NCBI RefSeq assembly: GCF_045689965.1
Contig: NZ_CP144211.1
Location: 613,287 to 653,286 of the forward strand
Length of the DNA: 40,000 nt
Reading direction: 5' to 3'
Source: Desulfosporosinus paludis
GTDB taxonomy: Bacteria > Bacillota > Desulfitobacteriia > Desulfitobacteriales > Desulfitobacteriaceae
The notes beneath the pieces were generated by a model. That model saw only the letters and a program-made list of their open reading frames with translations. It searched no databases and was not told the DNA's origin. Positions 17,681 through 25,583 of the stretch are shown here, piece after piece. The first letter of the stretch is position 1, and each line of letters starts with the position of its first letter. Both the position numbers and the translations under genes were made by a program.

Positions 17681-19471
17681 TTAAAATCCAAAATCCTCAT
17701 TTAGAATTTTATCGCTGATATCTTGTACAACATCATCAAGCTCTGATAACCGAGCCATGGTGTTTATGGCTGCCGCCAGCAAGTCAATCCGTTGAGAATC
17801 GTCCTTGTTTTTCTTTGACAATCTGATATTTTCGTTAGCGTCAGTATATTGATATGCATTAGAAACACACCAATCAAGCAGTTCATTTTTCTCGTGAATT
17901 AATTTACCTTGAATGGTCATTTCTCGAAATAACTTTGTTGGTTCGGAAAGCGTCGTGATATTCTGCCGGATTTCAACGACGGTATATCCCTGCTTTTGTA
18001 GATTATTTTCTAACTGAGTAGCAAGCGCAGCATCAATGTCCCACTCAATGATTTTGTATCCGTTTGTAAATTCTTCATCCTGTGCATGATCAATAAGGTT
18101 GTCATAGTCTATAACATCCCCTTCGGTAATAGTGCACCAACCTTGTTTTGCATAATATCGATATGGTACCCTGTCAGAATGTTCGTGCCTAATAACACCA
18201 GATTCAGGAATAAAACCGTGCGCTTTAAGCGCATAACGACCATCATGTAGTTTAAATAAAAAAGCCTGACCAGTTAGGTCAGTCCTTTTTGAAAGATCAT
18301 CACCATTAAGGCAAGAGAGGCCTCTTGTTAGTTCTGCAAATTCATCTGGGGAAACTTCGGCTTCATGCCACTTGTCCATTAAGCCGTCCATATATTTATC
18401 GTTGCTGCCTTCCTGCCATAGATCGCAGCGTTTTATCAACCATTCACGAATCTTGGCCGGATCTCCTGATCCATAAGCTAAGTCATGTTCAGAAATAATC
18501 TCCTGCAAAAGAATCTCACTGTAGTCAGTCATTTCGTGCAGTATGGGGTTTGCTTTTGGTAAGTTATTAAAATCGTGCGGATCGTCGCCTTTGTCAAGGC
18601 AGCGAATCATACAAAAATAATCCTCCTGCACAATTTCGCCATTGAGGATTTTACAACAAATATCATGCTCCTTTTTGCAGGGACTGTTTTCGGCATTGTT
18701 GCCGGCGGTGGTAATAATGTACATTAAGCATTGGGACCGTTTTCCCATAGACGATTCACCGACTTGATACATTGCGGAAGTCTTATGTTCATGATATTCG
18801 TCGATGATAAAAATACATGGGGCGGCGCCATTCTTATTATCGGTGTCCTTCGAAAAAGGAACCATTTCACCCGCGCGCGTTTTATGCTCGATCTTACTCC
18901 TTAAAAACTTTAAGCGCTTTTTAATGTCTGGGCTGGCCTTACCCATTACGACAGCTGCGTCCCAGACCTTTCTTGCCTGGTTTTTGTCAACAGCAACACA
19001 ATCAATCTCCGGCATGAGCTCATACTCACGCAACTCCGGATGTCCTGGGGGATAAACACAGTCGGCACACATCCCATAAAGTCCAACGCCTGAGAGCTTG
19101 ACTGATTTTGCATTACCGCGAGCTTCTTCGTCATATGCTTTTTTAAAACGGCGACGCCCAGTATCTTTGTGGACCCACCCAAAGATATTAGACAGGTCAA
19201 AAATTTGCGAACCGTTTAATTTGATAAGCTTCCCACTGAGTACTCCGCGCGGATGCCGACAGCACTTTTCAAACCAGTCGATAATCCTCTGAGCACGGCT
19301 TTCATCAAAGACATAGGGAAAACCGTCCGCGCCCTGCCGTGCAAGATCCTTTAAGTACCGTTGACATGCTTTAATCTCCCATTCACAACACACCTTCAGT
19401 CCCGCAACGACCTCTCGGGCATAACGTTCCGCTGGATGTATTTTAGTCGAACATGTCGGCATTCGGATCAT
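17681..19471 (-). CDS. terL: Terminase large subunit
   Basis: 596 aa, following terS with an overlap. Has an ATPase-type N-terminal half and a nuclease-type C-terminal half. Confidence 0.9.
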   Translation of the reverse strand: MIRMPTCSTKIHPAERYAREVVAGLKVCCEWEIKACQRYLKDLARQGADGFPYVFDESRAQRIIDWFEKCCRHPRGVLSGKLIKLNGSQIFDLSNIFGWVHKDTGRRRFKKAYDEEARGNAKSVKLSGVGLYGMCADCVYPPGHPELREYELMPEIDCVAVDKNQARKVWDAAVVMGKASPDIKKRLKFLRSKIEHKTRAGEMVPFSKDTDNKNGAAPCIFIIDEYHEHKTSAMYQVGESSMGKRSQCLMYIITTAGNNAENSPCKKEHDICCKILNGEIVQEDYFCMIRCLDKGDDPHDFNNLPKANPILHEMTDYSEILLQEIISEHDLAYGSGDPAKIREWLIKRCDLWQEGSNDKYMDGLMDKWHEAEVSPDEFAELTRGLSCLNGDDLSKRTDLTGQAFLFKLHDGRYALKAHGFIPESGVIRHEHSDRVPYRYYAKQGWCTITEGDVIDYDNLIDHAQDEEFTNGYKIIEWDIDAALATQLENNLQKQGYTVVEIRQNITTLSEPTKLFREMTIQGKLIHEKNELLDWCVSNAYQYTDANENIRLSKKNKDDSQRIDLLAAAINTMARLSELDDVVQDISDKILNEDFGF

Positions 19472-20024
19472 CCTTTGCTTCTTTGTCCGGTTGATTTGGC
19501 ACCGCTCCCGCTCTGGCCCGCGGTGTCATATAAAGAGCAAGAGCCATTTGATTAAGCATTTTAGTTTTGGCTTCAATACGAGTCTCGATCTTAAGCATAG
19601 TATCAACACCGAAGCGATCCATTCCGATGGCGATGATATCTAATATTCTGCTAAAATTTGCTTGCCCGATTTCATCTTTTATGGATCTGTCTTTGACAAT
19701 CTCGGACAGCTTATCTATGCTTTCGTCGAGTAAGGCGGTGACGTTACGCTGTCTATCTCTAAGCTCATACATGCCTTCCATGCTACATTTTTCGATGCAA
19801 TAGCGGGCAAGCATGTCCGCATCCAGGGCATTGAGGAGCTGAGTGCCCTTATAAAATTTGAGTACATTCTTCCACTCGTTATAGAATTGGACATTGTTCT
19901 TAATCTTGTCAGGCACCTTCAATTTCACGGAAGGTGTCACGCTGGCCTTCTCCTTCTCCTTCTTTTCTTTTTCAGCTTTGGTCAAATGTTTTTTTGAGAA
20001 ATCTGCTTCAATCGCTGCCGGCAA
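19443..20024 (-). CDS. terS: Terminase small subunit (P27-like)
   Basis: Start moved to TTG 20024 (GGAGG, 8 nt). LTKAEKEKKEKE...W..L...L...LDADMLARYC pattern. Confidence 0.75.
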   Translation of the reverse strand: MPAAIEADFSKKHLTKAEKEKKEKEKASVTPSVKLKVPDKIKNNVQFYNEWKNVLKFYKGTQLLNALDADMLARYCIEKCSMEGMYELRDRQRNVTALLDESIDKLSEIVKDRSIKDEIGQANFSRILDIIAIGMDRFGVDTMLKIETRIEAKTKMLNQMALALYMTPRARAGAVPNQPDKEAKDDPNADMFD

Positions 20025-20149
20025 AATGATCACCTCCAATTTTGAATTTTGCCTAATACCCGAAATTCGTCCATTGGGAATTTTTCGCACAAACGAGGGG
20101 GCATCGGTCTACAGCAACATTGCTTAAAACATTTTTAGGGTGGGGGATA

Positions 20150-20476
20150 CTATTCTCCCCTCGCTGTCCGCTTAGAGTGACAACGTTTGCTTAACGCTCT
20201 CCATTGGCTCTTATCCCAAAAGATTCTTTTATCTCCTCTATGAGGGATTGAATGGTGAACTTCGGTTGCTGCTTCATAGTTTCCATGTTCAAGGCAATCC
20301 TCACACCAAGGATGAGCAGAGAGGAACACTTTGCTTTCTCTTCGCCAGTTTGCATCGTAAAGATTATGAATTGCTTTATTCTTTTGTGGAGATTTATGCC
20401 TCTCGCAATAACCGTTACTCCCTGCTAACCTTTGGCAACCAGCATGATTACATAAGCTTTTTGGTTTTAATGGCAT
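20150..20476 (-). CDS. HNH endonuclease (packaging-associated)
   Basis: Start at ATG 20476 (GAGGGAG SD). Contains CxxC..CERH and EVHHSIPH...CH. Lies adjacent to terS, as in cos-type HK97-like phages. Confidence 0.85.
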   Translation of the reverse strand: MPLKPKSLCNHAGCQRLAGSNGYCERHKSPQKNKAIHNLYDANWRRESKVFLSAHPWCEDCLEHGNYEAATEVHHSIPHRGDKRIFWDKSQWRALSKRCHSKRTARGE

Positions 20477-20500
20477 ACCTTTCTCCCTCTTATGATAGCG

Positions 20501-20565
20501 CGCATAAAACACGCGCATATTTTTCCTTAAAACACTTGACACGCGTTATTTATGCGTGTTATAAT
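20501..20565 (+). promoter_or_regulatory. hicAB promoter with paired operator motifs
   Basis: TTGACA (20536-41), 18 nt, TATAAT (20560-65). The 15-bp motif CGCATAAAACACGCG (20501-15) recurs inverted at 20542-56 (13/15 identical) between the -35 and -10. Confidence 0.65.
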
Positions 20566-20589
20566 TATATCAGAAAGGAGGTCAAGGAA

Positions 20590-20805
20590 TTGGGGAAGCA
20601 AATAACAGTGAGAAAAGTTCTACAAAGGCTAAAAGACGAAGAATTTGTTAAATCCCCAAGCCACGGTAATAGCACAAGCCACCAACGATACACACATAAA
20701 ACCGACCCTACAAGATACGCTGACATAGCCTATCACCATAGTGGTCAGGTAATCCCGAAAGGAACACTAAACAGTATAGAAAAAACATCAGGGGTTAAGT
20801 TCTAG
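20590..20805 (+). CDS. hicA: HicA-family mRNA interferase toxin
   Basis: TTG start 8 nt after AGGAGG. 71 aa with SH.RY.H...IPKGTLNSIEKTSG, typical of HicA. Confidence 0.75.
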   Translation: MGKQITVRKVLQRLKDEEFVKSPSHGNSTSHQRYTHKTDPTRYADIAYHHSGQVIPKGTLNSIEKTSGVKF

Positions 20806-20856
20806 CCCCTGATGTAAATCAGATAAATATAAAAATTCAAAGGAGTTGATACGCAG

Positions 20857-21279
20857 GTGTCTAATCATTTAATATATCCGATAGTTGTTGAAAAAGCCGA
20901 AGACGGAGGCCTTGGCATGTATTTCCCCGATTTCCCTGGAACCGCTATTTTGAGTATTGATATCGCCGACGGTATTCGAAAAGCAAAAGAAATGCTTGTG
21001 GATCTCGTGTTAGATAAAGAGGAACAAGGCCAACCTTTACCCGTTCCTTCTGAACCTGAAAATATCACCTTATTCGATGCGAATGACCGAATTATATTTG
21101 TGGAAGTTTACATGCCGCCGTTTCGTAATGAAGCCGCAAGCAAGGCTGTAACTAAGAACTGTACTTTACCTAAATGGTTACGTGATGCCGGTGAAGAAGC
21201 GGGCCTAAATTTTTCACAGCTTCTTCAATCGTCAATCAAGGAAGCCCTTGGTATTAAGGCAATAGAAAAAAATCCATAA
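20857..21279 (+). CDS. hicB: HicB-family antitoxin
   Basis: IYPIVVEKAEDGGLGMYFPDFPG..ILSIDIADGIRKAKEML HicB N-domain, with an RHH-like C-terminus. Confidence 0.85.
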   Translation: MSNHLIYPIVVEKAEDGGLGMYFPDFPGTAILSIDIADGIRKAKEMLVDLVLDKEEQGQPLPVPSEPENITLFDANDRIIFVEVYMPPFRNEAASKAVTKNCTLPKWLRDAGEEAGLNFSQLLQSSIKEALGIKAIEKNP

Positions 21280-21295
21280 ACAAAATATAATAATT

Positions 21296-21324
21296 CAGCA
21301 GTCTATTCGGCTGCTTCTTTTTTT
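21296..21324 (+). terminator. Weak intrinsic terminator after hicB
   Basis: AGCAG-9 nt-CTGCT, then TCTTTTTTT. Overlaps the 3' end of the convergent small gene. Confidence 0.4.
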
Positions 21325-21446
21325 GCTCTCTCTTCTTGTTCCTTTGTACACTCAGGACAACACGCCTTTTCCATATAAGAGAAGTATTTCTTTTTACATC
21401 TTGGACATTGGAAAAGGATTGGCTCAATTCTCGTTCTCTTGGCCAT
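21303..21446 (-). CDS. Small zinc-ribbon protein (47 aa)
   Basis: Start at ATG 21446 (GAGGAGGG SD). CPRC...CPEC motif. Confidence 0.55.
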   Translation of the reverse strand: MAKRTRIEPILFQCPRCKKKYFSYMEKACCPECTKEQEERAKKEAAE

Positions 21447-21581
21447 GTCACCCTCCTCAAACCGCAAAAGAAAGGAGCAAATCACTTGAGTCAAATGGAA
21501 AATTTCAATTGCGGAAATCACAAATTGATATTTCTTAGAATACAGTAATATGTGACAAAATAATTACAAGAGGTGAGACGT

Positions 21582-21647
21582 TTGGAAGCTTTGGTAGCCT
21601 TTATGGTTCTTTTGCTCATTATCATTGTTTTGAGCAAAATGGTTTAA
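21582..21647 (+). CDS. Candidate 21-codon hydrophobic peptide (MEALVAFMVLLLIIIVLSKMV)
   Basis: GAGGTG SD 6 nt before the TTG. Followed by a hairpin (21656-84) and a strong terminator. Confidence 0.35.
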   Translation: MEALVAFMVLLLIIIVLSKMV

Positions 21648-21724
21648 AGGTCAATGGAGAATGCTTCATAAAAAGCATTTTCCACCAAAGCTAACAAGCG
21701 AAAAATAATAAATCCTTCTGAGAG

Positions 21725-21761
21725 ATCAAGGCTGTCCTTTTCAAGGAGGCCTTGATTTTTT
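21725..21761 (+). terminator. Intrinsic terminator of the sORF unit
   Basis: ATCAAGGC..TCCTT-TTC-AAGGA..GCCTTGAT followed by TTTTTT. Confidence 0.7.
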
Positions 21762-21942
21762 CCGCACGCCACAAGGGTTTATTAAATTTACCACCTATTC
21801 CCTTCGTTAGACGCATCCTTATCTATACCTCAAAAGGCTTATTTTAAGCTTGTTCGCTAACCCTTCAACCTTTTGTGACAAATAGATCAAATACCCATTA
21901 GGCACTTAAACAGCTTGTTCTTAGCCATGTCTAACGGTTTTA

Positions 21943-21969
21943 CTCAAAAAAGAGGAGTCCGAAGACTCC
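21943..21969 (-). terminator. Intrinsic terminator after the sigma-like activator gene
   Basis: Minus strand reads GGAGTC-TTCG-GACTCC followed by TCTTTTTTG. Confidence 0.7.
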
Positions 21970-22017
21970 GATTTGAAAGAGACACTCCTATATATAGGTG
22001 GCAATCGTATGACAAAA

Positions 22018-22548
22018 TCAGAACATTTCAAGTTGAATATTCTTCCTGAAATCAATTCCATGGTCCGTTAGATCCTCTACCATATCACTAATCTTTTCCT
22101 CTGCCCTTTTGACTAATGTTTGTACTGTACCTTTTTGGATGCCTATGATCTCTGCAGCTGCTCCAAATGAATACCCATTTGCTCGTACTAACATATAAGC
22201 TTCCTGTTCCTTAATTGTCATGGCCTTAAGGACAATCCCAAGATCATTAATCGCTCTCATCATTTTTTCACTAATCTCAGAAGGATGATTTTGCAACGCT
22301 AAGGCTCGGACAAAATCTAAATTTCTTGGGTCCATAGGTATTTCTCTTTGTACACTGCTTCGTCTTGTGATCGCTCGCCTATTATCGGGATGTTTACCCA
22401 TTTCCATGTATTTAATCGAAAAGCTCAAACTATCTGCGCAGCTCGCAAGTAGTGATTTATCCTCGTTATTGGTGGCATTTTCTTTTGCTCTGTTAACTCG
22501 TCGAAGAGTAATTTTATACTCTTTAATTAGTTTTTTCATGATTGCCAC
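22018..22548 (-). CDS. Sigma-70 region-4-like late gene activator (Xpf/ArpU-like)
   Basis: LTIKEQEAYMLVRANGYSFGAAAEIIGIQKGTVQTLVKRAEEKI HTH. Lies upstream of the packaging and structural genes. Confidence 0.7.
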   Translation of the reverse strand: MAIMKKLIKEYKITLRRVNRAKENATNNEDKSLLASCADSLSFSIKYMEMGKHPDNRRAITRRSSVQREIPMDPRNLDFVRALALQNHPSEISEKMMRAINDLGIVLKAMTIKEQEAYMLVRANGYSFGAAAEIIGIQKGTVQTLVKRAEEKISDMVEDLTDHGIDFRKNIQLEMF

Positions 22549-22579
22549 CCCTTTCGAATTAGCTCACTTCCCACAAAGA

Positions 22580-22780
22580 CTAAGTATCTTTAACCTCCAC
22601 CCGTTTACACTGATCACATCTCTTGTAGGCATGAGCGTCCCAGTCATATTTCAATTTTTGTTTGAACATCAGGCATCTTTCCTGATCCTTGCTTAATTTA
22701 TCGCAAGCTGCAATACCAGAAGTCATGCTGCAGAACGTTTCCGTTTGTGCCCCCTTTAGTTCAATAATAAGCATTAACAT
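22580..22780 (-). CDS. Hypothetical Cys-containing protein (66 aa)
   Basis: TAAATG coupling to the upstream sORF. Contains a C..C...CDQC pattern. Confidence 0.5.
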   Translation of the reverse strand: MLMLIIELKGAQTETFCSMTSGIAACDKLSKDQERCLMFKQKLKYDWDAHAYKRCDQCKRVEVKDT

Positions 22781-22918
22781 TTAAGCTTTCTTCCCTCCGA
22801 TCCGTACCCATCGACAATCATCTATCTTGGCATAACCGCATGTTTTCTTTTCTTTGCATTTATCACATTGGCAAGCTTCTACTTTGGCTTTCCCTTTGCA
22901 TTTACGGCAATCGCACAT
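22781..22918 (-). CDS. Cys-rich small protein (45 aa, 9 Cys)
   Basis: Below the track cutoff. MCDCRKCKGKAKVEACQCDKCKEKKTCGYAKIDDCRWVRIGGKKA. The ORF exactly fills the gap. Confidence 0.5.
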   Translation of the reverse strand: MCDCRKCKGKAKVEACQCDKCKEKKTCGYAKIDDCRWVRIGGKKA

Positions 22919-23147
22919 CCTTATCCAACTCCTTTACACACGCAATAATAATTTGCTGTATCGCCTCACGCTTGGCCCCTGCTTCAACTTCCATTTGCGG
23001 TTTGCCTAACCTAATCAAAGCTTGCAGATTCCTGGTGATCTTTGTTTCAAACTCCTCTTCAAGACGGTAATTCTTTACTGGCCCTGCTGCAGGCACATCC
23101 TTAGTCTGCATGAGCTTGGATGTCGCCACGGTTCCGTAGGCTTTCAT
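22902..23147 (-). CDS. Hypothetical protein (81 aa)
   Basis: ORF in the operon context only. Confidence 0.5.
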   Translation of the reverse strand: MKAYGTVATSKLMQTKDVPAAGPVKNYRLEEEFETKITRNLQALIRLGKPQMEVEAGAKREAIQQIIIACVKELDKDVRLP

Positions 23148-23365
23148 GATGTCACCTTACTTTGGGACTTTTTCCTGAGTATTTCGAGCCGTTTTAGCTC
23201 AATCTCATTATCTACGACCCATTCAGCAACTGTCTGGACGATAAATTTTAAGCCCTCATCGTCAACCGGCACTGCCTTGGCCCTTTCCAACTCAAAAATG
23301 AGCTTGTTATCCTGATCATTTTTGCCTGCGTAATATTGGCCGTTAAGTACTACAAGTGCTTTCAT
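23144..23365 (-). CDS. Hypothetical protein (73 aa)
   Basis: ORF with a 4-nt overlap to its downstream neighbour. Confidence 0.5.
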   Translation of the reverse strand: MKALVVLNGQYYAGKNDQDNKLIFELERAKAVPVDDEGLKFIVQTVAEWVVDNEIELKRLEILRKKSQSKVTS

Positions 23366-23831
23366 GATCTATCTCCTCCCTTTGAATTCTCCTGGCTATC
23401 GAGGCAAGGAATTGCCATGTTGGCTCCGTGTCTTCCCTAAAGGGCGCCTGAACCTTAACTCGGCTTTCATTTTCGTTTTTGACCTCAATAAGCCCAACTT
23501 CTGGCGGTAATTCCTCGGGTTTAATCAATCCTGCCGGAGTCACGAAATAAAAACAATTAGACATTTGTAAGGCTTGGCTTCGCTTTTCCGGGTTCTTTAG
23601 TTCATGCAGGAAGTCGCTACGACTTACCTTAATTTCATAGACTATTCGCAGGAATTTTTTGCTTGGGTAAAGGTTGATGGCCCAGGCATCAAAACGCTGT
23701 TCGGGGTTAATGCCCTTCTCGACATTTCGGTACCCGGTTCCGGCCCGCAGTTCTTCGAAAAACGCCCATTCTTTTTCCGGATGTCTTTCTCTTAGGGCTT
23801 TAAGGATTATCTTAGCATTCAGAGCTTTCAT
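23343..23831 (-). CDS. PD-(D/E)XK-like (MmcB-like) phage protein
   Basis: E..R...G......R.D......EIKVSRSDF...K......FYFVTP pattern resembles MmcB/DUF1052-type nuclease folds. Confidence 0.5.
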   Translation of the reverse strand: MKALNAKIILKALRERHPEKEWAFFEELRAGTGYRNVEKGINPEQRFDAWAINLYPSKKFLRIVYEIKVSRSDFLHELKNPEKRSQALQMSNCFYFVTPAGLIKPEELPPEVGLIEVKNENESRVKVQAPFREDTEPTWQFLASIARRIQREEIDHESTCST

Positions 23832-24085
23832 CGATTTCCCTCCTCAAGTTGCTTCGTCCGCATCTTGATATCGTCGCTCAAATCGGCCTCTTGCAAGGCC
23901 CAGTTAACTCCACCTCTCCCATTAAAGGTACAGCGATCAAGGATTCGTACTGCTTTCCCATCTTTTCCGACAGCCCAGCTTTCAGCTTTGATGGGGTGGT
24001 TATTCCTGCATTTGACAGCCTTTCCCTGATTATTGTATGCCTGGTTGCAAACAGGGCATCTATGCCAAGTTTCAATGTGAGCCAT
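23828..24085 (-). CDS. Hypothetical zinc-ribbon-like protein (85 aa)
   Basis: CPVC....C..H motif. Coupled to the downstream gene. Confidence 0.5.
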   Translation of the reverse strand: MAHIETWHRCPVCNQAYNNQGKAVKCRNNHPIKAESWAVGKDGKAVRILDRCTFNGRGGVNWALQEADLSDDIKMRTKQLEEGNR

Positions 24086-24098
24086 CTTGTCTCGTCAC

Positions 24099-24437
24099 CT
24101 ACTCCCTCCTTGCTAAATCCTGGCCAGCTTCCCACTCACGAAAAACCTTAAACCAATCTTCGGCATCCATGCAGATTTTCCAGTTTTCTCGATTTCGACG
24201 GAAAGCCACAATTGGCATTTCACCTTCTTTGGCGTCCCTACGACTTTGCACCATGGCTTCTTCGATGTTAAGTTTCTCCACTCTCTTACACTCAATATGG
24301 ATACCAGGAAGGCCAACGACATCTTCCCCTTCAAGTCCGCTGAACTGTTGACCGCGCCTGCAGTTGTATCCTTGGTCCCGGCAGAAGCGGGCGAACTCAC
24401 GCTCACCAGCTGCTCCTTTTTCGCGGCTGTTTGTCAC
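24099..24437 (-). CDS. PD-(D/E)XK Holliday-junction-resolvase-like nuclease
   Basis: KGAAGEREF....G......SG...EDV.....HIECKR pattern. Confidence 0.6.
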   Translation of the reverse strand: MTNSREKGAAGEREFARFCRDQGYNCRRGQQFSGLEGEDVVGLPGIHIECKRVEKLNIEEAMVQSRRDAKEGEMPIVAFRRNRENWKICMDAEDWFKVFREWEAGQDLARRE

Positions 24438-24954
24438 TGCGCTTTCCTCATTTCGCTTTCCTGCTCGGCATCATAAATGCTCATTTGATAATCGGCATTT
24501 CTGACGGCCTCTGCAAATTTCTCTATTCCATGCTCCCATAACCCATGCCGGTGGATGATATCCGAGAACTCTTCGACGTCATGCTCTCGAATATGCCAGC
24601 TGTCAGGATCGTCTTTATCGGCCCATTCCTTTTTGAGGATTCTGCCGGTGTTCGGATCGGTAATTACCATTCCAACATTACGCTGGATATGGCAAAGCTC
24701 GTGGTCGACAAGGGCTTCAAGCTTTTCCATCGGCCAGCCCTCGAAAGCAGGTTCTATGATAAAGATGTGAAACATCTTCTCGGTCAAAAATCGCTCAAAG
24801 CTTGAGCACTTTTTACATTTACCGGCCCAATCCACCCCCCGTCATCTCGGGTGTAATACTCTACAAGTTCCTTAGCGTCCTTAAGATGCGGGTGATGGTC
24901 GTTAATTAGTTGTTCTGCTATATCGCGAATTCGTGGCGATTTTTCGTAACCCAT
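24434..24954 (-). pseudogene. Phage metallopeptidase (HExxH), split by a frameshift in a G6 run
   Basis: A 56-codon N-fragment (24784-24954, GGAGGG SD) and a C-fragment (24434-24835, HELCH) join into one family-typical protein if the run 24835-24840 has 7 bases. Confidence 0.7.
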
Positions 24955-25491
24955 CTCATTCCCTCCTATCAGTTAATCAAAGATAAAAATTATCGTACTT
25001 TCCTTTTCCCAAAGGTGGTCTTGGCGGCTTATCTCCGGGATCTTTATTTCGCTTGTGCTCTTTTTGGCTTTTACGTTCAAGTTCTCTGGCTTGAATGTGA
25101 TCAATGGTTATGATTCCATGGTCTCGCCAATCCGTAAGAACTGCTCGCAAATAGTTCATATTTCTTGCATTAGCATCCAGGCAGCGCTTAAGTGCTTCAA
25201 TGACTAAACCATCAGGATCTGGACTTCCACGAGTTGAAAATTCATCACACCAGGCAAGGATATTATTAGCTGTGCCCTCGGGAATCGGTATTCCCCAGTT
25301 TTTTCGGTCCACTTAATTGCTTGGGTTCCGATGTCCATGGGGTGATCTTCTTCGTTCTTGGATACAGTTTCACCCAAGTTGGATACGTCTTGCGCTGTTT
25401 CGGATACGATTTCCTCGGATTCGGAGAGGCTTTGCTCAATTTCCTCGCGCGCGTTGTTGTTATTGTTGTTAGGTACTGTACTGTTGGTTGT

Positions 25492-25521
25492 GTTGGGTAC
25501 GGTAGGGTTGGGTACGGTAGG
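25492..25521. repeat. Perfect 15-bp tandem duplication GTTGGGTACGGTAGG x2
   Basis: Read directly from the sequence. Encodes PTVPN-PTVPN in the organiser linker. Confidence 0.9.
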
Positions 25522-25522
25522 A

Positions 25523-25583
25523 GCGTTACAAGGCGTTTCATCAGCGTTACCATCGTTACTGTAACGCGTTACATCGGCGTTAC
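25523..25583. repeat. Phased iteron array, GCGTTAC-type heptamers every 10-12 bp (candidate origin)
   Basis: GCGTTAC at 25523, 25544, 25566 and 25577. Variants at 25533 and 25553. The palindrome GTAACGCGTTAC lies at 25561-72. Confidence 0.6.

Noticed and set aside
20248-20805. 185-aa plus-strand ORF
   Set aside because: Only the last 71 codons (from TTG 20590, after AGGAGG and downstream of the promoter) form hicA. The 5' part is antisense to the HNH gene and lies upstream of the promoter.
13322-24406. Embedded alternative-frame or antisense ORFs (for example 13322-13519, 14895-15122, 18946-19200, 23878-24135 and 24113-24406)
   Set aside because: They are nested in recognisable phage genes, and no independent translation signals were seen.
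25492-25521. Possible CRISPR or minisatellite arrays
   Set aside because: The direct repeats seen here and at 36663-36684 have only two copies and no spacers. No CRISPR-like repeat-spacer structure was seen anywhere in the window.
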